Source: an uncultured Gammaproteobacteria bacterium
GTDB taxonomy: Bacteria > Patescibacteriota > Microgenomatia > Daviesbacterales > UBA10151
DNA length: 64,000 nt
Direction of reading: 5' to 3'
NCBI GenBank assembly: GCA_964547465.1
Contig: CAZJNI010000001.1
Coordinates: forward strand, 24,205 to 88,204
In this document: piece after piece, positions 36,351 through 44,884 of the stretch
How positions within the stretch are numbered: position 1 is the stretch's first letter
How the letters are laid out: each line of letters begins with the position of its first letter
Notes under the pieces: generated by a model
The model's database searches: none
Seen by the model: the letters and a program-made list of their open reading frames with translations, nothing else
Told to the model about the DNA's origin: nothing
Position numbers and translations under genes: made by a program

Positions 36351-36760
36351 AATTAACGATCTTCACTGATGGAGCATCCAGAGGCAATCCTGGTGAGTCC
36401 TCTTATGGCTTTGTGATTACAGACGAGGCCGGGGATAAGGTATATGAAGAAGGAAAATATATTGGTATTGCTACAAATAACATTGCAGAATACACAGCTG
36501 TTTTAAGTGCTTTTGAATACATTAGGAAAAATTTATTCAGTAAAGGAATAATTTTAGAGTTTTTTATGGACTCAAGATTGGTAGCAGAGCAGCTTTCGGG
36601 TAGGTTTAAGATTAAAAGTGAAAACCTGAAGCCGCTTGTAGCGAAGATAAAGACCTTTGAGGGAAAATTCAAATCAGTAACATATACGCACGTACCCAGA
36701 GAAAAAAATAAAAAAGCGGATTTTATGGCAAATCTGGCGCTGGATAAATTGACTGCTTAA
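36347..36760 (+). CDS. rnhA: Ribonuclease HI
   Basis: FTDGASRGNPG, TNNIAEY, DSRLV, HVPREKNKKADFMAN. Confidence 0.95.
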   Translation: MKLTIFTDGASRGNPGESSYGFVITDEAGDKVYEEGKYIGIATNNIAEYTAVLSAFEYIRKNLFSKGIILEFFMDSRLVAEQLSGRFKIKSENLKPLVAKIKTFEGKFKSVTYTHVPREKNKKADFMANLALDKLTA

Positions 36761-36811
36761 GATATGTTTTATCTCTCTTGAAATTGTTTCCATCAGTAGT
36801 ACGATTTACCC

Positions 36812-39718
36812 GTGAGCCAAAATTTAAACTCTATCAATAAAAAAACTATTATTTCTGTTTCGCGAAACAATCCGGTGGCTTTAGTTGTGGGAGCGGCAGG
36901 CTTTTTTGGCTCTCATTTGGCAGATAAGCTTTTGGATAAAGGAATACAGGTTATTGGAGTAGATAACTTATCAGGAGGAAGAAAAGATAATTTAAATGAA
37001 GCGGTAAGATTTAAGAATTTTCATTTCCTCCTGCAGGATGCCGGGGATTTGAATCTGGAGCTGGCTAGACTGGATTATGTATTTATTGTGGGGGGTAAGG
37101 ATTGGGATCTGGCTAATCTTTTAAATCTTGTGAAGATGCATAAAGCTAAATGTTTATTTGTTTCAACAATAGATTTGTATGACGAGGAGGCTGCAAGAGA
37201 ATTTGAATGGTATAAAAGATCAGAGATAAAAATTGCCAGGTATGCTGCAGAAAATAATTTAAATGCCCGGGTTTTAAGATTGGGAGCAGTATATGGCTCA
37301 AGAATGAGTTTTAATCAAAAAGATCCAATCGTTAAGCTAATCCAATCCTCAATAAACAATCAATTGCAAAAAGATACCTCCTTGGAATTTTCAACAAGAG
37401 CTTTATATATTTTGGATGCTGTTGATTTAATGATCAAAGCCATGCTATCCGGTGAAACTGCCCAAAAAATCTTTGACGGAGTGCTGCCCACTCCGATCAA
37501 AGTGTCTGAAATCAAACAGATCCTGCTGGACCCTGTTTGGTATGAGCAAAAAGGGTATCATTTGCAGGAGTTGCCTCTCTGGTCAACCCCTAATCTTTTA
37601 AGAACAATAAAAATATTAAATTGGGAACCTAAACTAAATTTAGTCAGTCACCTTAAGAAAACCTTAAGCTACTTTAAGGACCATGAAATAAAAGTACCTA
37701 AATTGGAGGATCGAAACTGGGAACTGGAAACTGGAAATACACAGTGGAAAGAAGAAAAGAAAGAGGCGCTGGAGGGGTTAAAAAAACAAGAAAAAAAAGA
37801 ACAGGTTAAAGATAAAGGGGGGAGGAGAGTAAGATTTAATTTTTCCTGGGGAAGAGTTTTAGGATTGGGAATAATTGTCCTGATATTATATGCTTTGGTT
37901 TTTCCGGTAGTTGAGATTGGCTGGGGAGTTTTAACTTTCAGGTTTCAGCTTTCCCAGGCTTTAAATAATTTAGGCAAAGGGGAGTTTCCAAAAAGCCTTC
38001 AGAATTTAGATAGTGCTAAAAAAGGAGTAATGGGAGCCAAGTCAGTATTTGATGTTTTGGATCCAATCAGAAAAACAGGACAGTTCAGTAGTTTTTTTGA
38101 TCTGGGGGATAATCTTTACAGTTTATCCATGCTTTCTTTATCTTCTGCTGAAAATACTGTTTTAGGTACAAAGTCGCTGTACGAAGGAATCCTGGCAGTC
38201 ACAGGAGAGACTAATGAGTCTCCGAAAGATTATTTTTCAAAAGCCCAATTACAACTTAGTAGTGCAAATGAAGATGTGCTGAAGGCTCAACTGCTAATTT
38301 CAGATTCAGACTTTACTTCATCTTTACCAAAAATTTTACTCCCTAAAGTAGAGAGTTTAAAAGGAAAACTTTCTTTATATTCAGATTTGGTGGAAAAGGG
38401 CAGAGCTTCTGCTATTTTACTGCCGGAAATTGTGGCCATAGACGGAGTAAAAAGTTATTTGATACTTTTGCAAAATAATAACGAACTTCGTCCAACCGGT
38501 GGGTTTATTGGATCATACGCCCAGATTTCTTTTGAAGGGGGTAAACTTAAAAAAATTGATGTTAATGATATTTATGCAATAGATGGTCAACTAAATTTGC
38601 ATGTTGAACCGCCAAAAGAAATTAAGGAAGATTTAGGTCAAAATAGCTGGTATCTAAGGGATAGTAATTGGGAGGCTGATTTTCCCACCTCTGCCAGACA
38701 GGCCGAGTGGTTTTTTACCAAAGAAACAGGCCAGCGGGTTTCAGGGGTAGTGGCTTTGGATATAGCTTCAATGGAAAAACTGCTGGAAGCAGTTGGGCCG
38801 CTGGATTTGCCGGATTACAGTGAAAAAATTACCCCGGATAATCTTTTTGAAAAATCTATTACCCATGCAGAAAATTCTTTTTTTGCCGGATCCCAGGCCA
38901 AGAAGAATTTTTTATCAGCTCTGACAAACGGACTTTTTAATAAAATCTTTTTTCTACCCAAGCCTAACTGGCCGGGTATAGTTAAAGCTTTAGGTGATTC
39001 ACTGGAAAGTAAGCACATGAGTATATTTTTGGATGATCCAAAACTTTTCTCATATTTGATTTCTCAAAATTGGGCAGGGGTATTGCCCAGGCAAAGCAGT
39101 GGAGAAAGTGAAAAGTTTGAAGATTTCCTGGCTCCGGTTGAGGCTAATTTGGGAGCGAATAAATCTAATTATTATCTGGATAGAAGTTACAACCTGGAAA
39201 CAGTAATAGGCAAAGAAGGGGATGTTAAGCATCGTTTAAAAATAAACTATGTTAATAAAAGTCCTTCAAATACCTGGCCGGCAGGAGTGTATAAAAACAG
39301 GATGAGAATTTATCTGCCTTTTGGGGCTAAATTAACCAGGGTTTTATGGGGAGAGACAAATATCACCAAAGATGTGAGTGCTTTTGTAGATTATGGCAGG
39401 TCCGGCTTTTCCATGCTTTTGCAGCTTGAAGCAAGGGAAACAAAAGCCTTGATCATAGATTATGAAGTTCTCGGAAACATAAATTTTACAAAAGAGATTG
39501 GGGTATATAAATTAAATGTGGTTAAACAGGCAGGTACTTTGCAGGATCCTTTTGTCTGGAGGTTAACTTACCCGCTAAATTATAAACCGTGGGACTATTT
39601 TCCTCCGGAAAAGAAACCAACAGTTTCCAGCCAAAACCAAAACTTAAGTCCACAGGAGCAAACAATCCAAACAGATTTATCAAAAGATAGAAGTTTTGAA
39701 GTCCGGTTTAAAAAATAA
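36812..39718 (+). CDS. NAD-epimerase-like domain fused via a TM to DUF4012 domain
   Basis: LVVGAAGFFGSHL..VDNL N-terminus; central TM; YLILLQNNNELRPTGGFIG, LRDSNW.ADFP, EANLGANKSN. Confidence 0.8.
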   Translation: MSQNLNSINKKTIISVSRNNPVALVVGAAGFFGSHLADKLLDKGIQVIGVDNLSGGRKDNLNEAVRFKNFHFLLQDAGDLNLELARLDYVFIVGGKDWDLANLLNLVKMHKAKCLFVSTIDLYDEEAAREFEWYKRSEIKIARYAAENNLNARVLRLGAVYGSRMSFNQKDPIVKLIQSSINNQLQKDTSLEFSTRALYILDAVDLMIKAMLSGETAQKIFDGVLPTPIKVSEIKQILLDPVWYEQKGYHLQELPLWSTPNLLRTIKILNWEPKLNLVSHLKKTLSYFKDHEIKVPKLEDRNWELETGNTQWKEEKKEALEGLKKQEKKEQVKDKGGRRVRFNFSWGRVLGLGIIVLILYALVFPVVEIGWGVLTFRFQLSQALNNLGKGEFPKSLQNLDSAKKGVMGAKSVFDVLDPIRKTGQFSSFFDLGDNLYSLSMLSLSSAENTVLGTKSLYEGILAVTGETNESPKDYFSKAQLQLSSANEDVLKAQLLISDSDFTSSLPKILLPKVESLKGKLSLYSDLVEKGRASAILLPEIVAIDGVKSYLILLQNNNELRPTGGFIGSYAQISFEGGKLKKIDVNDIYAIDGQLNLHVEPPKEIKEDLGQNSWYLRDSNWEADFPTSARQAEWFFTKETGQRVSGVVALDIASMEKLLEAVGPLDLPDYSEKITPDNLFEKSITHAENSFFAGSQAKKNFLSALTNGLFNKIFFLPKPNWPGIVKALGDSLESKHMSIFLDDPKLFSYLISQNWAGVLPRQSSGESEKFEDFLAPVEANLGANKSNYYLDRSYNLETVIGKEGDVKHRLKINYVNKSPSNTWPAGVYKNRMRIYLPFGAKLTRVLWGETNITKDVSAFVDYGRSGFSMLLQLEARETKALIIDYEVLGNINFTKEIGVYKLNVVKQAGTLQDPFVWRLTYPLNYKPWDYFPPEKKPTVSSQNQNLSPQEQTIQTDLSKDRSFEVRFKK

Positions 39719-39798
39719 AAACAGGCACGTGAGAATACTATGGGTTTTATTCGGTGACTTTAATCTTGAATATTAAAGATCATTTGTGCTAAAGTACC

Positions 39799-40560
39799 GT
39801 GATGGACAGATTAAGTTTAAAGGCAGACGAGAGAAAAATATTGGGCAAAAAAGTGAAGCAGCTACGCCGTGACGGGATGCTGCCTGCTCATGTGTTTGGA
39901 AAAGGAGTAGAGAATGAGGATGTGACTGTGGAGGCCAAGGAGTTTTTAAAAACTTTCCATCAGGCAGGTGAAACAGGATTAATAGATTTAAAAATCGGCA
40001 AAGAGAAGGTCAGGCCGGTTTTGGTCCGTGAGGTCCAATATGATCCTGTGTCAGGGAAACTGATCCACATTGATTTTTACCAGGTTGATTTATCTAAAAA
40101 AGTTAAAGTGCCGGTTCCGCTGATTTTGATTGGCGAGCAACCGGAATCTGTTCATCTGGGAGAAACAATTGTTTTGCAAACTTTAAATGAGGTGGAAGTT
40201 GAGGCTTTGCCAACGGATTTAGTGGAAAAAATTGAGGTGGATATAACTGCTTTAAAAGCAATTGATGATGCTATAACTATTTCCCAGCTAAATTATGATA
40301 AAGAAAAATTAATCTTACATGCTGATGCAGAAGCCATAGTTGTAAAATTGGCTCCGGCTGTGACAGCTGAAATGGAGAAGTTAATGGAAGAGCAGGCTGC
40401 AGAAACTGCTGCAGCAGCTGCAGAAACCGAGGAAGGCGCAGCTCCTGCTGAAGGAACTGAAGGTGAAGAAGGTGTAGTCCCTGCTGAAGGTGAAGCGCCA
40501 GTTGAGGGTGAAGCTCCCAAAGAAGGTGGAGAAACTCCAGAAGAAAAACCACAAGAATAA
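39799..40560 (+). CDS. rplY: 50S ribosomal protein L25/CTC
   Basis: GKKVKQLRRDGMLPAHVFG, VQYDPV...HIDFY; acidic E/A/G/P tail. Confidence 0.95.
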   Translation: MMDRLSLKADERKILGKKVKQLRRDGMLPAHVFGKGVENEDVTVEAKEFLKTFHQAGETGLIDLKIGKEKVRPVLVREVQYDPVSGKLIHIDFYQVDLSKKVKVPVPLILIGEQPESVHLGETIVLQTLNEVEVEALPTDLVEKIEVDITALKAIDDAITISQLNYDKEKLILHADAEAIVVKLAPAVTAEMEKLMEEQAAETAAAAAETEEGAAPAEGTEGEEGVVPAEGEAPVEGEAPKEGGETPEEKPQE

Positions 40561-40597
40561 TTTTCCTCCTTGACTCAATTAATTTCCATTTAATACA

Positions 40598-40825
40598 ATG
40601 GAATATGCTCCACAAAAATCTTCTTTGGTTAGCAATTTTTCAATTTCTATTTGGGAAGGGGGTGATCTTGTGGCAGAAAGAATAGCTGGTGGTGTATGGC
40701 CGACGAATGAGTTTATGAGAAGATTAGCGCAAGTTACACCAAATCTTGGTATTGCATTAAAACGAATGGAATTTGTTGTTCAGAGAGCAACACAGAAACC
40801 AAAGATTTTAGAAGAGAAAAAGTGA
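40598..40825 (+). CDS. Hypothetical protein
   Basis: 75-aa ORF with TTGACT upstream; no motif. Confidence 0.5.
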   Translation: MEYAPQKSSLVSNFSISIWEGGDLVAERIAGGVWPTNEFMRRLAQVTPNLGIALKRMEFVVQRATQKPKILEEKK

Positions 40826-40900
40826 TAGTTTGCGGATAATTTGCGTTAATTTTGCGGGGATCAATTGGTAGAATGTAGCTAGTAGTATGTAGTAAGGGTT

Positions 40901-41002
40901 CTAAACACGACTTTTAATACTTTTTATCAAGCCGTTTAGGAGTTTGTGTCCCGCTTGCCATACATAAAGATCTGTAAATGAGGTTATTTTTGTCTTATCC
41001 AT
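40901..41002 (-). pseudogene. Internally deleted four-helix-bundle gene between inverted heptamer arrays
   Basis: MDKTKITSFTDLYVWQAGHKLLNGLIKSIKSRV* joins the N- and C-terminal motifs seen in 4466-4852; arrays at 40868-40896 and 41003-41030. Confidence 0.85.
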
Positions 41003-41017
41003 ACTACATTCTACATA

Positions 41018-43195
41018 CTACTTACTACTAACTTCAGGCCATTTTGTGATCATGATGGATTTTCCGTTGTGAGGCAGTTTTTGCCAGAGTTCTTCTGTGA
41101 TATATGGCATAAAGGGATGAAGAAGCTCCAGGGAGGTTTTGAAGACATATTCCAGGGTTGGTTGGGCCTCGGTGCGTCTTTCTTTGGTACTTTCAATATA
41201 TTTATCTGCAAACTCATGCCAGATAAATTCATAAAGTTGACTTGCCCCATCATGTAATCTGAATGTTTCCAGAGCTTTGGTGACTATTTCTATAGTTTTT
41301 CTAAGTTTTTCTAATATGTCTTTGTCATCCTTATTGTCATTGCGAGGGATGTACCAGACGGTACGTCCCGTAGCAATCTTTCTTTTGTCAAGATTCCTAC
41401 GCTCGCTTCGCTCGCTCGGAATGACACTTAGGTGCTTGGCATTCTCTGGCGCGAAATCAATTATAAATCTAGCTATATTCCAGAGTTTATTGGTAAAGTT
41501 TCTCATAGCCTGCAGTTTTGGATGAGACAGAGCCTGATCATGGCCAAAAGCAGTCCCGTAAACTAGAGCCATTCTGACTGCATCTGCTCCGTAAAGGTCA
41601 GCAGTTTCCATTGGATTTACCACATTGCCTTTAGATTTACTCATTTTTTTGCCTAGCGGATCAAGTATTTTTCCATGCAGAATCACATCTTCAAAAGGTA
41701 TTTTACCTGTGGAGTAAATGCCCAGCATGATCATTCTGGCCACCCAAAATAGCAGGATGTCGTAGCCTGTTTCCATGACCGAGGTTGGATAAAACTTATC
41801 AAAATCACCAGGCTGGCTTGCCTTTAGCGTAGCGAAGGGCCACTGACCAGAGGAAAACCAGGTATCAAATACATCAGGGTCACGTTCTAAACTGACATTG
41901 CCGCAATTATTGCATACATCAGGCGTTTCGCCTTCAGTGACTGTCCATTTTTGGCACTCCTCACAAAACCAGGCCGGAATTTGCATGCCCCAGACAATTT
42001 GCCTACTGATATTCCAGTCTTTAATGTTTTTTAGCCAGTTAAAATAAGTTGTTTCCCAGTTCTTGGGATAAATTTTAATATCACCTTTTTTAACCACCTC
42101 AATTGCAGATGTGGCTAAACTTGAAACTTTAATAAACCATTGTTCCATTGGCAGAGGTTCTATCTCTGTTCCGCATTTATAGCAGGTGGCCACCCTGTTT
42201 TGATACTCATAATCTATTTTTTCAATTAAGCCTTTTTCCTCCATTTCCTGGGCAATTGTCTGCCTTGCTTCTTTAACCCTCATCCCGGAAAATTTGCCGG
42301 CTTTTTCATTTAATCTGCCGTCATAACCAATCACCTGACGAACCTCCAGATTATGTCTTTGGCCTATTTCAAAGTCCACTGCAGAATGAGCAGGAGTAAC
42401 TTTAACAACCCCTGTTCCGAATTCTTTATCAACAGCCTGATCAGCTACAACTTTGATTTTTCTTTTTCCTAAAACAGTTTCAATATCAATTTCTTGGCCA
42501 ATATATTTAAGGTAGCGTTTATCATCAGGATGGACTGCCACTGCTGTATCGCCAAATTTAGTTTCCAAACGCACGGTTGCTAAGGTCAGCGGGCCATATT
42601 TCATATAGTAAAGTGGAGTTTTCCGATCCTCATAAATTACTTCCAAATCGGAAAAGCTGGTGCCATGCTTGGTACAAAAATTGACAATTCTATTGCCCCG
42701 GTAAATTAAACCTTCATCAAACATTTTCTTGAATGTTTTATAAACAATTTTGACAATATCCGGGTCAAGGGTGAATTTATATCTGGACCAATCAAGTGAA
42801 AATCCTAAACGTCGCAGTTGTCCTTCCATAGTGCCTTTGTTTTCCTGAACAAAGTCCCAGATCATTTGGTAGAGCTCTTCACGTTTGTAATCAAATCTGG
42901 ATTTTCCCTGTTTTTCCAGATGTTTTTCAAAAACCACCTGGGTTTCAAAGCCGGCATGGTCTGCTCCGGGCAGCCATAAAGTAGCTTTTCCTTTCATTCT
43001 GTGAAATCTGACTAATATATCCTCTACCACATACATGGCATGGCCAAAATGAAGCGGGGCATTGGCATTTGGTGGGGGAAGGATGATGGTATATGGTTTA
43101 CCATCAGGGTTTATTTCAGGCTTAAAATAGCCGGAATCTTCCCAAAGTTTATACCATTTAGGTTCAACTTTTGTCTGGTCATATATCTTATTCAT
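41018..43195 (-). CDS. valS: Valyl-tRNA synthetase (short form)
   Basis: PPPNANAPLHFGH, DHAG, DWNISRQIVWG, DVFDTWFSS, KMSKS, LLHPFMPYITEE; no C-terminal coiled coil. Confidence 0.97.
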   Translation of the reverse strand: MNKIYDQTKVEPKWYKLWEDSGYFKPEINPDGKPYTIILPPPNANAPLHFGHAMYVVEDILVRFHRMKGKATLWLPGADHAGFETQVVFEKHLEKQGKSRFDYKREELYQMIWDFVQENKGTMEGQLRRLGFSLDWSRYKFTLDPDIVKIVYKTFKKMFDEGLIYRGNRIVNFCTKHGTSFSDLEVIYEDRKTPLYYMKYGPLTLATVRLETKFGDTAVAVHPDDKRYLKYIGQEIDIETVLGKRKIKVVADQAVDKEFGTGVVKVTPAHSAVDFEIGQRHNLEVRQVIGYDGRLNEKAGKFSGMRVKEARQTIAQEMEEKGLIEKIDYEYQNRVATCYKCGTEIEPLPMEQWFIKVSSLATSAIEVVKKGDIKIYPKNWETTYFNWLKNIKDWNISRQIVWGMQIPAWFCEECQKWTVTEGETPDVCNNCGNVSLERDPDVFDTWFSSGQWPFATLKASQPGDFDKFYPTSVMETGYDILLFWVARMIMLGIYSTGKIPFEDVILHGKILDPLGKKMSKSKGNVVNPMETADLYGADAVRMALVYGTAFGHDQALSHPKLQAMRNFTNKLWNIARFIIDFAPENAKHLSVIPSERSERRNLDKRKIATGRTVWYIPRNDNKDDKDILEKLRKTIEIVTKALETFRLHDGASQLYEFIWHEFADKYIESTKERRTEAQPTLEYVFKTSLELLHPFMPYITEELWQKLPHNGKSIMITKWPEVSSK
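41335..41426. repeat. Palindromic element (GTCATTGCGAG...AATGAC) in frame in valS
   Basis: TGTCATTGCGAG...GCAATC...GATTCC...CTCGGAATGACA. Confidence 0.85.
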
Positions 43196-43242
43196 GAACT
43201 TAAGTATAATCAGGATTAAGCCCGAGGTCAATTAAGGATGAG

Positions 43243-43629
43243 TTAACTATTTCCAACAATCAATCTTAATGGTTTAGTTTGGACTTGAGGTATTCTATGG
43301 CGACCTTTAGCCCTTTGTGTCATAAACAAAGCATTAATTCTATAGATATTACCATCAGAATCCTTTTTATAAATTGTGATTGGAGCGAATTTACCAGTTG
43401 AATCTTTTAATCTTTTAGGAAATTGATGCTCTTCAATCTCTCCTGATATTGACAGTACAACATTATAAATTCCGATATGCGCCTCATTTGCCCTTCGTGC
43501 ATCTATTATACGAGCAGATTGATTTGTAATAGGGACAGCTATAGCTATCAGTTGATCACGCTCTTCGCTATTGACTATGAAAACTTGCCCTGGTGAAGCT
43601 ATTTGTTCATTCTCTACACTTACAGCCAT
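43243..43629 (-). CDS. Hypothetical protein
   Basis: 128-aa ORF between tsaD and valS. Confidence 0.6.
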   Translation of the reverse strand: MAVSVENEQIASPGQVFIVNSEERDQLIAIAVPITNQSARIIDARRANEAHIGIYNVVLSISGEIEEHQFPKRLKDSTGKFAPITIYKKDSDGNIYRINALFMTQRAKGRHRIPQVQTKPLRLIVGNS

Positions 43630-43666
43630 ATTAATTGGTAGATTTTAGGTTTAAGTTGCCGAGATG

Positions 43667-44818
43667 TCAAGCCATAGACAAATTTGGATCTGCCTGTAAG
43701 GATAAAGGATCTTTAGTAGGTTTTGTAAAAAAAGCTGCTGCTGCAATCATGGCTCCATTGTCTGTACACAGATTTGGTTCCGGTATGTGAAGTTTGATAT
43801 TTAAACCTTGATTCTTAATTCTTGATTCTAAATTCTCTTTCAGTTTTCTGTTAGCTGCAACACCACCTGCAATCATTACATCTTTTACTGGATAAATCTT
43901 TAAAGCCAGCATGACTTTGTCGATTAAAGATATAACAATAGTTTCCTCAATTGCTGCAGCTAAATCTTGCCTCACCTCCGAGGTGTAAGACATTTTTTTC
44001 ACCTCGGAGGTGTGGACTAAGTTCGCAACTGCTGTTTTTAAACCAGAGTATGAAAAGTCCAAGTCCTTTGATCCTTTCATAGGAACAGGGAGTTTGAACC
44101 TTAAGGCCTGGCCTTGCGAGGCTAATTTAGAAATCTCTGGACCGCCTGGGTATGGAAGGCCTAAAAGACGGGCACATTTATCAAAACATTCCCCGGCCGC
44201 ATCATCCCTGGTTCCACCCAGGTATTTATATTTGCCATGGTCAGTAAACAGGACTAAATCTGTATGGCCGCCGGAAACCAATAAACCGAGGCAAGGGAAG
44301 TTTGGTACTTCAAAATTGTCATTGCGAGGAGCCGAAGGCGACGAAGCAATCTGGGTGGGGTTTATTTCTTGACTAGATTGCTTCGCTGTCGCTCGCAATG
44401 ACGAAGGAGTAATCCAGTTGGCATAAAAGTGACCAAGCAAGTGATTAACCGGAATAAGTGGTTTGTTCCAGACTAGACTTAAAGTTTTAGCTGTTTCTAC
44501 TCCTACTAAAAGCGATCCAATTAATCCCGGGCCATAAGTGACAGCTATTGCATCTATCCCAATCCCGTCATTGCGAGCCCCGAAGGGACGTGGCAATCTT
44601 TTTTTAGGAAAGACTTGAGTTAACGCTTCTTCAATCACAGGAATTATAGATTTTATCTGCTCACGAGCAGCTTGTTCCGGGATAATTCCCCCGTATTTAG
44701 CCTGTAGAGAGGCAGATGAAGCCACCACATTGGATAATATAGTTATTCGATCTCCTTGCTTTTGTAAGATAGCACAAGCCGTCTCGTCACAAGAAGTCTC
44801 AATTCCTAAAATAATCAT
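43667..44818 (-). CDS. tsaD: tRNA t6A synthase TsaD
   Basis: ILGIETSCDET, GPGLIGSL, NHLLGH, LLVSGGHT, DDAAGECFDK, FSYSGLKT, CTDNGAMIA. Confidence 0.97.
   Translation of the reverse strand: MIILGIETSCDETACAILQKQGDRITILSNVVASSASLQAKYGGIIPEQAAREQIKSIIPVIEEALTQVFPKKRLPRPFGARNDGIGIDAIAVTYGPGLIGSLLVGVETAKTLSLVWNKPLIPVNHLLGHFYANWITPSSLRATAKQSSQEINPTQIASSPSAPRNDNFEVPNFPCLGLLVSGGHTDLVLFTDHGKYKYLGGTRDDAAGECFDKCARLLGLPYPGGPEISKLASQGQALRFKLPVPMKGSKDLDFSYSGLKTAVANLVHTSEVKKMSYTSEVRQDLAAAIEETIVISLIDKVMLALKIYPVKDVMIAGGVAANRKLKENLESRIKNQGLNIKLHIPEPNLCTDNGAMIAAAAFFTKPTKDPLSLQADPNLSMA
44318..44402. repeat. Palindromic element in frame in tsaD (half copy also at 44567-44598)
   Basis: GTCATTGCGAG...GAAGCAATCT...AGATTGCTTC...CTCGCAATGAC. 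Confidence 0.9.
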
Positions 44819-44884
44819 GACTGAATTTTAGCATAGATATTGAAATTGTTGAGAATTTTAGTATTATAGGGTATAATCATATAT

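Noticed and set aside
40400-40560. Repeat-like GAAGGT/GCT run
   Set aside because: Ordinary low-complexity acidic tail of L25.
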